From: Raja brachyura
Taxonomy: Eukaryota
Assembly (NCBI GenBank): GCA_963514005.1
Contig: OY740808.1
Span: forward strand, 17,856,001 to 17,920,000
Direction of reading: 5' to 3'
Length of the DNA stretch: 64,000 nt
Both the position numbers and the translations under genes were made by a program. Below, in pieces: positions 12,588 to 24,690 of this stretch (within the stretch, counting starts at the first letter, position 1; each line of letters opens with the position of its first letter). A model generated the notes under the pieces. The model was given only the letters and a program-made list of their open reading frames with translations. It made no database searches and was not told the origin of the DNA.

Positions 12588-13512
12588 GTGAGAACTGGCT
12601 CATTGTTATGTTTCTTTCGAAACGTAAATGAGGTAAGAATTGATGAAGTATTGCTGGACTTTGAATCATTATTGCACTTTGAGTGGTGACTGCCAACTGC
12701 ATCAGTAAGAACAATTAGATTTTCTGCTACATTATTTTAAATCCTGTCTTCTGTTTCGCAAATTATATCATCCAATTTTCATTTATTGTCCCCAGTACTA
12801 GGGTATTTACAAGCCAGTTTCTTGGATCTGATCAATGAGTCTCCAAGCCATGTATTCTTGTAAGACCAAACTATTGTAAGATACCACCTTAAACCTACAC
12901 CATTTGCAACATATTACAATTATCTCCACACATTACATCATCACATGCAACTACGTTTTTTTACAGTAAAGACATATCAACACGTTCCAAAACATGTCCA
13001 AAACAGTGCATGTATGGACCAGAGAGCTGAATAATAATACTGTGTAACAATTTATTTTATTCCTCTTCATGACTCTTCTTTGACATAAGACGGTAACGTC
13101 AAAAAAGAATCCCACATACTGGTCACTCTTTACAGAAGTGAGTCTGGTGCATGAACCACATGGAGTCGGTAGAACAATCAAACTTCTCTGTTCTGACTCA
13201 CAATTATAGTTAACACATTACAATGTGTTTCATTTTTATTGAGTTCCGTTTCTGTCAGTAAAATGAAGATTTCTCACTGTCACAGCTGATGGTGTAGAGT
13301 AGAGTCATGCATAGAAATAGACCCTTCAGCCCAACTTATCAAGCATCATGATTCTGTCTATTACACTGAACCCATTTCTAAGCGTGACCTTAATTTCACA
13401 AACTCTTCCCACCACCGGGAGCAATGTTACAGTTAATAAATGGTAATAAATAAGTGCTAAATATCATGGTACACAGTATTGTGCTCAATTGTCTTTATCT
13501 TTCTGTTTCCAG

Positions 13513-13608
13513 TATCTGCCTCCACTTATTCCTCCCCGGGGAGAGGTGAATGCAGCTGATGCATTTGACATAGGATCATTTGATGAAGAAGACACAAAGG
13601 GCATTAAG
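13513..13608 (+). CDS. GRK3: GRK3 coding exon (exon 17 equivalent), AGC C-tail
   Basis: ccag/gtatt flanks, 96 nt, [32 protein letters not shown]. Confidence 0.96.
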
Positions 13609-13904
13609 GTATTGCCTGCAAGTTCAGAACAGTTCTCTAAAAGTTGCTCTTGGACTCTTAGAAAAAAATGTGAATGCTCGTAAAATGTGAAGTGCCAACA
13701 GAATAAATGGCGCTCAATAATAATCAGTTGCTAGTGGTGCTTTTGAAGTGGTTGGTACAGGTGTTTTTTCTGTAACCAGTTGATGCGGGTAGCTGCTTTG
13801 TAATGAGTGGTGCTTGAACAGTCACTCTGCAGCTGCGTCGTGTGGGTGGCACCTGTATTATCAGAAAGTGGTGACAATCTGCAACTTCCCTCAGTTGTTA
13901 ACCA

Positions 13905-14150
13905 TACACAGAGCACAGAACCAAGCTCTTTGGCCCATCTCATCCATGCCAATCAAGTTGAAAGCTGAGCTAGCCCCATTTGCTTGTGTTTGGCCCATAT
14001 CCCTCCAAAACCTTCCCTACCCACGTATGTCTCAGTGTTCTTTAAACATCACCATTTTACCCATTTCTACAGCTTCCTCTGGCGGCTCGTTCCATATACA
14101 CACCATTCTCTCCGTGAAGAAATTGCCCCTCGGGTCTCTTTTAAATTTAT
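13905..14150 (-). mobile_element. Old CR1 3' fragment
   Basis: Reverse-complement similarity to the CR1 3' ends at 18250-18445 and 5120-5247. Confidence 0.65.
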
Positions 14151-14698
14151 TCGCACCTTAGTGAAGGAAAGACAAATATTGTGCTGATTTTTAAAAGAAT
14201 GTTCAACAGAACGTGCTTTCAGATGGCAATCTTACAGAATTATAAAATAAACAATCCAGTGTATTACGAAGTTATATGCTGAACAAAGTTCTGTATATCG
14301 ACAGAAGTTAAAAAGGAAATGCGAATATGGTTCTTATCAAACAAGATTCACAGATTTAAATTAATTACGTATGGGAACTTAATTAAACCTTTAATCTCGT
14401 TCGTAGCAAAAAAGTCTGCACCTATGTTAATAATTGTTACTAATTTATTAATCCTCTTTAACTTGTGTTGCCGCACTTTTTTCCTTTCGGCTCCCTTACC
14501 CTTTCACCATTTTCTCTTCCCCATCCTTGTGTTCTCTTCCTCTTTCTTGCTCTCTCCATCCATATATTTTCTTCACTGTCTCTCTTGTCTTCTGTTTTTG
14601 GCTGATCTCAATTCTTGCTCTCTCTGTCGTGCACATCTCTTCTTCCCTTCTCCAATTTCTACTTTTCCCTCCCTGCATTTCTTATTTCTCCATCACAG

Positions 14699-14861
14699 CT
14701 GTTGGATAGTGATCAGGAGCTCTATAAAAACTTTCCTCTGGTGATATCGGAACGCTGGCAACAGGAGGTGGCGGAAACTGTGTACGATGCGGTCAATAGT
14801 GACACTGATAAAAACGAGATCAGAAAGAGAGCAAAGAATAAGATGCTTGGCCACGAGGAAG
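14699..14861 (+). CDS. GRK3: GRK3 coding exon (exon 18 equivalent)
   Basis: Long pyrimidine tract plus acag/gtagg, 163 nt, [54 protein letters not shown]. Confidence 0.96.
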
Positions 14862-15537
14862 GTAGGAAAGTTGATGGATCATAAACCAATTTCTATTGCA
14901 TTGTAAAATAATTGAAAATGCTACAAAGTACTCAGTGTGACATTCTAAATAATGATGACTTTCTACTAATGCACACCAACTGCTGTATATTTCCTGAATT
15001 TCACACTCTATCATTTAATGGGACTTTTTGTATTCTGTGTTTTTTTTAAATTTCTCATGCATGCTCCAAGACTCATGCCAGGAGGACTGAAATTGCATGT
15101 TAGTGTTCATTAGAATTCAGTTTTAATGTTTCCACATTTATAAAATATCAAGCCTCTTGCATCGTTTGATTACATTGATGCTTTCCACAGATACATTTTG
15201 GGGCCAAGAATTACAGATTCAATCTTTTATGAATAAGTTATTTCTAAATTACCACAAATGGCCAGGCTCTAAATATTATACCTTGGATCTGCTCACAGTG
15301 GCAGTGATATATCTTTATCGACTTACCACTCCTTCATTCATTAGAATTCATCTTGAACATATCAATTTTGTTTTCCAATGAAACTCTGTTGCCTAGTGTC
15401 AAAAACACTCCGCGAAGAAAGAAAGAAGATATCAGCATGCCCTGTTGCTCACAGCAGTCTATACTAGATTTATAGGAGGGAGACACCATTTAGATAGGGC
15501 AAAGTGAAAGAACCAAGCGAAAAAGTCATTAGGAAAT

Positions 15538-16397
15538 CTCAAGTCAAGTCAAGACAAAATTGTCATGTGTCCCAGATAGGACAATGAAATTCTTGCTTGC
15601 TGCAGCACAACAGAATATTGTAAGCATAAATACAGAACAGTTCAGTGTGTCTATATAGCATAGACCATATATATATACACAGAAATAAGCAGATAAAGTG
15701 CAATAAGCTGTTATAGTTCAGAGTCTGTTTGTTGGCAAGTTTAATAGCCTGATGGCTGTGGGGAAGAAGCTGTTCCTGAACCTGGATGTACCAGATTTCA
15801 GGCTCTTGTACCTTCTGCCCGATGGTAGCGGAGAGATGAGTGCATGGCGAGGATGGTGTAGGTCCTTGATGATGTTGGCAGCCTTTTTGAGGCACTGACT
15901 GCAATAGATCCCTTCGATGGTGGGGAGGTCAGAGCCAATGATGGACTGGGCAGTGGTCACAACTTTCTGCATTCTTTTCCGCTCCTGAATACTCAAGTTG
16001 CCGAACCAAGCCACGATGCAACCAGTCAGCATGCTCTCGACTGTGCACCTGTACAAGTTCGAGAGAGTCCTCTTTGACATACCGACTCTCCGTAATCTTC
16101 TCAGGAAATAGAGGCGCTGATGTGCTTTCTTTATAATTGCATCAGTGTGCTGGGACCAGGAAAAATCTTCGGAAATATGCACGCCAAGGAATTTGATGTT
16201 TTTGACCCTTTCCACCATACGGGACTGTGGGTCCCTATCCTACCCCTTCCAAAGTCCACAATCAGTTCCTTGGTTTTGCTGGTGTTGAGAGCTAGGTTAT
16301 TGTGCTGGCACCATTTGGTCAATCGGTCGATCTCACTTCTATACTCTGACTCGTCACCATCAGTGATTCGTCCCACAACAGTGGTGTCATCGGCGAC
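15538..16397 (-). mobile_element. 5'-truncated Rex1-type LINE
   Basis: ADDTTVVG..KTKELIVDF..KFLGVHI..QRLYFLRRL..SFFPTAIRLLN; (CTTGA)n tail. Confidence 0.9.
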
Positions 16398-16608
16398 ACA
16401 GCCGTCTTCGGATGTATGTAAATTAGTGTGTAATGTTTGGATTATTGAAGTGTTGTGGAAATCATAATAGCTGGGGAAAATGTAATTGAAACCAACATTA
16501 GGATCAACCATAATCTTACTGAATGGTGGAGTCTTAAGTGATGTCATGATCTATCCTGATAGTGTTGTAAGTTCTAAGACCTGGACTAATATCATCTTTT
16601 ATATGCAG

Positions 16609-16745
16609 ATTATGCCCTGGGGAAAGACTGCATCATGCATGGTTATATGCTGAAATTAGGAAACCCTTTCCTGACACAGTGGCAACGTCGTTATTTCTAT
16701 CTTTTCCCAAATCGGCTGGAATGGAGAGGAGAAGGCGAGTCACGG
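16609..16745 (+). CDS. GRK3: GRK3 coding exon (exon 19 equivalent), N-terminal half of the PH domain
   Basis: gcag/gtaag flanks, 137 nt, [46 protein letters not shown] (MLKL and GESR are GRK3-type); ends in phase 0. Confidence 0.97.
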
Positions 16746-17975
16746 GTAAGCACGTTTGCCTGACAAAAATTTGGAAATTGTTTGTGATCAGGCATATGAT
16801 TGTCCAGATTGCGACAAAAGAATGCAGGTTTTATCAAGATTAATGCTTCATTCGGGATATTTGAGTATTAAATGTAAAGAGCACTGAGGTTCGATAGAGC
16901 TCTTAAAGATAACGGAGTCAAGGGATATGGGGAGAAGGCAGGAATAGGGTACTGATTGTGGATGATCAGCCATGACCACAGTGAACGGCGGTGCTGGCTC
17001 GAAGGGCCGAATGACCTACTCTTGCACCTATTGTCTATTAGGAAAGGGAAGCTTCTATTTATCTGGTTCAATAGTGTTTCTCAAAAATAGAGGAAGGACG
17101 GCCAAAGTGAGAACTCACATCTTGTATTATTAGATTAATGTATCACAAATAATTGAAAACAATGATACATGAATGATGGGTCAATGGCTAGTGGGGTATT
17201 AATTACATTCTGCAGCTCCCCTTCATTTATTTTGTTTTCAACTTATTGAAGAATTTAAATCAAAATGGTAGACACACAGAAAGTGCAAAAACAGAATTGT
17301 GTTGGTAAGTGTAATGACTGTATTGCGAAACAGTTTTTCTAATGATATGACATGTTCTTCATTGTGACATTTCCCTTTAGTTGTGTGATGTAATTCTGTT
17401 TGGTGAATTATCAGGCCATAAAGATCAAAAGTTACTGCATGGCTAAATTTGAGTTTCTTGCTCTTACATTTTACAGATTTGTGCATATTGGTTCAGAGAG
17501 GTATTAATTTTATGAATCAAATTGGCTGAATTACTATTAGCATCTCGCTTTATTCATGGGATAAGGAAAGACCGCATGGGATAAGGAAAGAAAACAGATG
17601 GGCACATGGATAGGTCTCCTTTCCATCTCGGAAGACTGTCCCCATGGCTTTTTAAAAAAAATCGAAGCATATTTTTCGCCCCTCAGAGGCAGACTACATC
17701 TTTGAAATCTACCAGGACAATGTGTGTTGCGTTATATATTTTTTACATTATTATCAATAAAATTGTAAATGCAGAAGATCATTCCACACATTGTATTTGT
17801 TCAGTGACTGAAATATTTCCACATTTCAGCATTAGTTGGTTCAAAAAGATCCAAAGGATTCGTGTTCGCTGTTCCATTCAGAAATCTATTCCACGTCTTG
17901 AGGAAATATTTCAATTTAACAATTCTAAATTTACTATTTACTGTTTCACTTGTCCAATAGTTGACGGAGAAGTGT

Positions 17976-18445
17976 GAGGCTGCATTTTGGGAAGTTGAAC
18001 TAAGGCAGGACCTACACAGTCACCCTGTTATAGGAAAGATGTTGTAATGCTGGGAAGGGTGAAGAGAAGATTTACGAAGATGTTGCCAGGACTTGAGGGC
18101 CTGAGCTTTCAGGAGAGTTTGAACAGGCTAGAACTTTATTCCTTAGAGCGCTGGAGGATGAGGGGATCTTATAGGGGTGTATAAGATCATGAGAGGAATA
18201 GATACTGTAAATGCACAGTAGTCTTTTACCTAGGGGAACCAAGAACCAGAGGACATAGGTTTAAGATGAGGGGGAAAAGATTTAATAGGAATCTGAGGGG
18301 CAGCTTTGTTGCACAAAGTGGTGGTAGGTATATAGAGCAAGCTGCTGGAGGAGGGTGTTGAAGCAAGTGCTATCACTATATTTAAAAAAACATTTGGACA
18401 GGTACATGGATAGGATAGATTTAGAGGCATATGGGCCAAACGACC
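17976..18445 (+). mobile_element. Decayed CR1 ORF2 3' fragment
   Basis: RVKRRFTKMLPGL- and RTRGHRFK-like remnants typical of the CR1 C-terminus. Confidence 0.8.
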
Positions 18446-20937
18446 TGTATCTTTACTTCAGCTCCCCGTGGGCCTCCACCAGCAACTCCACAGATCATCC
18501 CTCCCCTCCGCCCACCAGCGGGCCGGAGCCATAGCCTCACCTGAATTCCAGGCTCTGCACCGGGCTCACAGCCTCCATGCTGCAGACTCCAACACCACGT
18601 GGTCTGACTCTCCAGGGTCCAACTGCTCCCCCCCCCCCTCCCCCACAGGGCACCAGAGTCATGATGGACCTTCCCCTTTCCCCCCCTTTTAACCAGGTTA
18701 CCCCGACCACACCCACCCATACAATAGTCCTCATGCCCCCCTCCTTTCTGAACACCCACCATCCCCCCACCAGAACTCGCCTCAACCTCTCTCCACTCCC
18801 CAGCCCTTCTCCCCAGCCAACCCCCACCCTTGTCATGTCTTCACTATCCCCCCCTGACCACCCCCTTTCCGATACGGAATGGTCTGTCCTCAACAGAGGC
18901 CTCATCTTCGTTCCCCTCCGCCCCCATCTCAACGAGTCCCGTGTCCACCACGACATAGAGCCTTTCTTCTGTTGCTTCCGCCTCCGTGCCTTTTTCTATG
19001 AGAAGGAATCCACACCACCCAGTGATGACCCTTTCTCCCGTCACTACTGGTCCCCCTCCTCTTGGACTTCCCCAAACGGCTTTCTACCCTCTCTAGACCT
19101 TTTTATTTCTAACTACCGGCGTCACATCAATCGTCTCAACTTTCCCACTCCCCTTACTTACTCTGACCACACCCCCTCTGAACGTACAGCCCTCTGCTCA
19201 CTCTGCAACAACCCGGACATTATAATCAAACCCGCCGACAAGGGAGGTGCCGTGGAAGTCTGGCAAGCCAGCTCTTGTACACCTCCTCCTACCTATCCTT
19301 GGACCATGATCTCACAGATGAGCACCAGGCCATAATCTGACAGACCATTTATGATGTCATCACTTCTGGCTGTATGCCATCCAACCTTATCGTTTCCCAG
19401 CCCCGCACATCCCAGTTTTATCTTCTCCCCAAAATCCATAAATACAACTGCCCTGGCAAACCCATTGTTTCTGCCTGCTCCTGTCCCACTGAAATTATTT
19501 CCATGTACCTCGACTCCATCCTATTCCCCCGGTCCAATCTCTCCCGACCTATGTCCAAGATACCTCACATGTTCTTCGTCTCTTTAATGACGTTCACTTT
19601 TTGAGCCCCACACTACTTCATCTTTACTATGGACGTACAGTCACTCGACACCTCCATCCCCCACCAGGAAGGCCTTGAAGCCCTGCATTTCTTCCTCAAC
19701 GGCAGAACCATCCAATTTCCCTCTACTAACGCTCTACTCTGCCTAGTGGAGCTGGTCCTCACCCTTAACTTCTCCTTCGGCTCCTACCACATCCTCCAAG
19801 AAACTTCCTGCAAAGACTATCCCCTACTCCCAATTCCTCCATCTACACCGCATCTGCGCCCAAGATGAGGCGTTCCATACCAGGACATCCGAGATATCCT
19901 CATTCTTTAGGGAACGGGGGTACCCCTCTCCCATCACAGATGTCCTCACTCGTGTCTCCTCGGTACCCCGCAGCTCCGCCTTGGCTCCCCCTTCCCCCTA
20001 GATGCAACAGAGACAGTCACCCTAGTCCTTACCTTTCACACCATTAGTTGTTACATACAACACATAATCCTCCAGAATTTTTGTCGCCTCCAACGGGATC
20101 CCAACACTAGTCACATCTTCCCATCTCCACCCCGTCTGCAGAGACCATTCCTTCTGCAACTCCCTGGTTAACTCATCCCTTCCCACTCAAACCACCCCCT
20201 CCCCAGGTTACCTTCCCCTGCAACCGCAGAAGATGCAACACCTGTCCCTGTACATCCTCCCTCGACTTCGACAGTCCTTTCAGGTTAAGCAGAGATTCAC
20301 TTGCACCTTCTCCAACCTCATCTACCTTATCCGTTGTTCAAAATGTTGACTCTTATACATTGGCGAGACCAAACTTAACTGGGCGATCGTTTCGGTGAAC
20401 ACCTTCACTCAGTCCACCTGAACCTACCTGATCTCCCCGTTGCTAAACACTTTAATTCTCCTTCCCATTCCCACACAGACCTTTGTGTTCTAGGTCTCCT
20501 CCATTGTCGGAGTGAGGCTAAATGCAAATTGGAAGAACAGCATCTCATATTTCACTTGGGCAGCTTACAGCCCAGTGGAATGAATATTGATTTCTCTAAC
20601 TTCAGGGAGCCCGGGCATTCCCTCTCTCTCTATCTCTCCCCCACCCTAGTCGCACCAGGTTCTCGTTTTCAACAACAAAGAGCTAACAATGGCCTGTTTC
20701 CTTTATCATCGTAACTTTTTGCATATCTTTCATTCATTGTTCTTTATCACTCTACTTCCCAACATCTCCCATCGTCTATATCTCTCGTTTCCCTTATCCC
20801 TAACCAGTCTGAAGAAGTGTCTCAATACCGAAACACCATTCCTTCTCTCCAGAGATACTGCCTGTCCCGCTGAGTTACTCTAGCTTTTTGTGTCTATCTT
20901 TAGTTTAAACCAGCATCTGCAGTTTACTTCCTACACA
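18446..20937 (+). mobile_element. Penelope-like element (RT plus GIY-YIG), frameshifted and internally deleted
   Basis: [67 protein letters not shown]; degenerate CTGAAGA..GAAAC near 20809. Confidence 0.92.
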
Positions 20938-21599
20938 TCGTGCATTTAAATTATGTGTTCTAGATATTTTAATATTATTTATGATCTTGTGTATCCCTAT
21001 AAGATCTTTTCACCGATACTTAGTTTGAAGACTGATAAGCTGAAGTATACCTAGCTGTCCCTCATTACTCAAATCTCTAAAGTGGGAATCATGTTTGTTC
21101 CTTCTGCATCATCAGATCAAGGTCTGATCAGAACTGGAAACCTCTACTAGGTCTAGTCCGATCAGAGCCCTTTACAATCTGATCATGCTGCTTTCATCCT
21201 GTAGTGTTGTCTTGATGAAATAATGGATAAATGTATTTGTCTCTTTTCACAGCCTCATCATTTCTCATCAACATATGAATTTGTTTTTTATGTGTAATTG
21301 CTGTCATTGAGCAAGCATAACAAGGCACTGCAAGCAGCAGTTATTGTTTTGATAGTGATCAGGCATAAATAATGTCCAGAATACCAAGAGCTTAACTGCG
21401 GTCCTTCACATCATGTGTCTTTTAGATTCATTTGAATTATCTGATATTTAACTTTTCAAGCCTAATACATCAGCAGCAACAACAAACTATCCTGTTAGTA
21501 AATGCATGGGTAAACGGCAAAATACAGTGCCCTCCATAATGTTTGGGATAAAGACCCCTCATTTATTTATTTGCCCCTGTACTACATGTCGATCAGTGT

Positions 21600-24500
21600 C
21601 ACTCATGTTATGAGTCATACTTTGTAGTTACGCCCAGGCTGGTGTTCAGCTCTCTCCTGCTGAATCTATTCAAGACCCTGACTGCCTACTGCACAAATTC
21701 CGACAGTTATGTGAGTTACGTACCAATTTAGTTATTGAACGGCATCTGTTTTTATCACGGTGTCAGAGACAGGGAGAACCTGTGGACTTGTACGTCAGTG
21801 CACTGAAGCACATCGCAAATCAGTGCAATTTCAGAGATATATGTGATAGCCTCATCCATGACCGTTTGGTTCATGGCATCCGCAATGATAAATTACACGA
21901 CGAGCTACTGCGGGATGCTGACCTTACTCTAGAGACTGCTGAAAACCGCTGTCGCATTGCTGAAATGGCTGATGCTCACATCAACGTTTTTGGACACTCT
22001 ACTGCTCGTGAAATTAATGTTGCTGGTATGTCTCATCAAATCTCTCCTCGTTTTCCTCAAGTGCCTGATGCCAAGTTGAGACTGATTGACAATTGCTTTA
22101 ACTGTGGGGGTTCACATGCTGCTGTTCGTGACCGTTGCCCTGCGCATGGAAAATTATGTCGATTTTGCAACAAAAGAAACAATTTCCTTAAGTGCTGTCG
22201 TTCACGTAACAGAGTTCATACAAGACAATATGTTAATTCGCTTGGCCGTGAAAGCTCTTTCTCAGAATTCTCTCAACCAGCTCCCATGGATTTACAGGCA
22301 GCAGGCGAAGTTGATGTCGATATACATGCTTTGTCTGATTTAATGCATAAACAACTAGACCCCAAGATCGCTTTACTCATTAATGGCAAAACTCTTTATC
22401 TGAAAGTAGATTCAGGGGGCCGCTGCAACTTCATTTGCCTGGCTGTATTCCAAAAGTTACGAAAAATAGAGATTGTTTCTCCAACGGCTGCCTCCCTTGT
22501 TCCATTTGCAGGAGGTTGAGTGCACCCTATCGGTCAAGAAACTTACAAAATTCTTAAAGGGTTGGACAGGCTAGATGCAGGAAGATTGTTCCCGATGTTG
22601 GGGAGGTCCAGGACAAGGGGTCACAGCTTAAGGATAAGGGGGAAATCCATTAGGACTGAGATGAGAAGGAATTTTTTCACACATAGAGTGGTGGGTCTCT
22701 GGAACTCTCTGCCACAGAGGGTAGTTGAGGCCAGTTCATTGGCTATATTTAAGAGGGAGTTAGATGTGGCCCTTGTGGCTAAGGGGATCAGAGGGTATGG
22801 AGAGAAGGCAGGTACGGGATACTGAGTTGGATGATCAGCCATGATCATATTGAATGGCGGTGCAGGCTCGAAGGGCCGAATGGCCTACTCCTGCACCTAA
22901 TTTCTATGTTTCTATGTTTCTAAATTGAGTTGCGCTGCTGTCTTAACTCGCGTGTCCACAACCTGGATTTCTATGTGCTTCGTGAAAATGTGCTGTCTCT
23001 GCTGGGTGTCAACGCATGTCAAGACATGGGTCTGATTGCTTTTAGCCAATATGTTTGTCATCTGACTACAGACTGTGACTTTAACCATCAAATCCTGACA
23101 CAATACAAAGTTTTGGTTGACAATAGGCTGGGCAGGTTGCCTGTCAGGTATACGATTACCATTGATCCTGAGGTAATTCCAGTTGTTTGTCCAGCTTTTA
23201 AGATTCCCCACGCTATGCGGGACCGTGTTCAAGGTGAACTTAACAGAATGGTGTCTCTAGGTGTGATTGCTCCCGTCGCTGACCCCTCGGATTGGTTCTC
23301 CACTATGGTTGTGGCTTCCAAGAAGAATAAAGACGAGATACAGATTTGCATCAACCCAAAGGACTTACAGCAATTAAACGACCCCACTATCCCATGTGCA
23401 CTGTGGATGAGATTGCTGCGCAGATGGCTGAGGCAACTGTATTCACGGTGCTAGATGCCAAGAGTTCATTCTGGCAGATTTCGCTGGAACACAACTCCTC
23501 CAAGTTAACCACTTTCAGCACTCCGTTCGGGCGTTACAGATTTCTTCGCATGCCCTTTGGAATAAGTTCTGCTAGTGAAGTATTTCAACAAGCTATGGAG
23601 CAGATGTTTGCAGGCTTCCAATGCTCTCATCATAGTGGATGACATCCTAGTTGCAGGACGAACGGTCAAAGAACACGATGCCAATCTGACGAAGGTCTTG
23701 GATCGTGCCAAGGCCATCAATCTCAAGCTGAACCCAAGATCTCAAGATGACTTTATCGTAATGGCCATGTCGTTTAATCCCTCATCCTGTATGGAGGATT
23801 TGGTTGCCCACACTGTTGCTGACAGTACTCTACGGTCGCTTACCTCCGTCATTAAGCACGGCAGGCCGGACAAACACGACAACGTTCTGCTGCCAGTCCG
23901 GCCTTTCTTTGCCGTCCTTGATGAGCTAGTGCTGCAGGATGGCATTGTCTTAAAAGGACACAAGGCTGTGGTCCCTGCTTCGCTGCACAGCAAGTATTTT
24001 AACGCTGTCCATGCAGGACACCCAGGCGCTGAAGCTACTGTCCTACGGGCAAGAAGCATGTTTTACTGGCCTGGTATGGCCGACTACATCACCAAGAATG
24101 TGGCATCCTGTGCAGTGTGCAACAGCTTGGCACCTCACCAACAAAAGCAACCACTTCTTTCACATCCGGTTCCTGCACTCCTGTGGTCTACAGTGGCAGC
24201 TGACATATTTGAGCGGCATGGCAAGGATGGTTTTGACATTGATCTTCACAGCAGCCCCACTTATCGCGGGGAGGTTTTGAAGTTATCTTGCCATTTTTCA
24301 GTCCAAGGATCTCTGGGTAGACTGTTAACTGACAACGGCAGTCAATTCAATACAGAGCTAATTCCGACGTGGCACGGTGCCTGTGGCAGATCAGGCATTG
24401 ATCACACACGTGGTTCTACCTGAGGAGGTTCAGTCCAGGTTACAACCAAAGCGTGACTCTCAAAAACAATGGTTTGATAAAACAAGTAGGCCAGTGCCAC

Positions 24501-24690
24501 CATTGACCATGGGGCAGGTGGTTCATTTACAGACTGACAAAGGCCACAACCGTATTGGTGTGATTTCTGGAGTTGCTTCTGAGGTACGCTCGTATATGGT
24601 CAGTGCCGATGGCGGCACCTACAGGCGTAACAGACAACATATCCTGCCTGTGAACGAGTCAGTTCCAACTCCGTATTATCCAGACCATAC
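21600..24690 (+). mobile_element. Ty3/Gypsy gag-pol remnant without LTRs
   Basis: Gag zinc knuckles (CFNCGGSH..C, CRFCNKRN); protease VDSGG; RT LDAKSSFWQI, RMPFGI, IVDD; integrase H..H..C..C and LLTDNGSQF; RNase H deleted. Confidence 0.93.
22538..22922 (+). mobile_element. Young 5'-truncated CR1 inserted in the Gypsy protease region
   Basis: Open frame ETYKILKGLD..RTRGHSLRI..FFTHRVVGLWNSLP; (TTCTATGT)n tail; Gypsy frame resumes after it. Confidence 0.92.

Noticed and set aside
21584-21700. Possible 5' LTR of the Gypsy element
   Set aside because: No matching direct repeat at the 3' side, and the sequence already translates as gag-like (PAESIQDPDCLLHKFRQLC).
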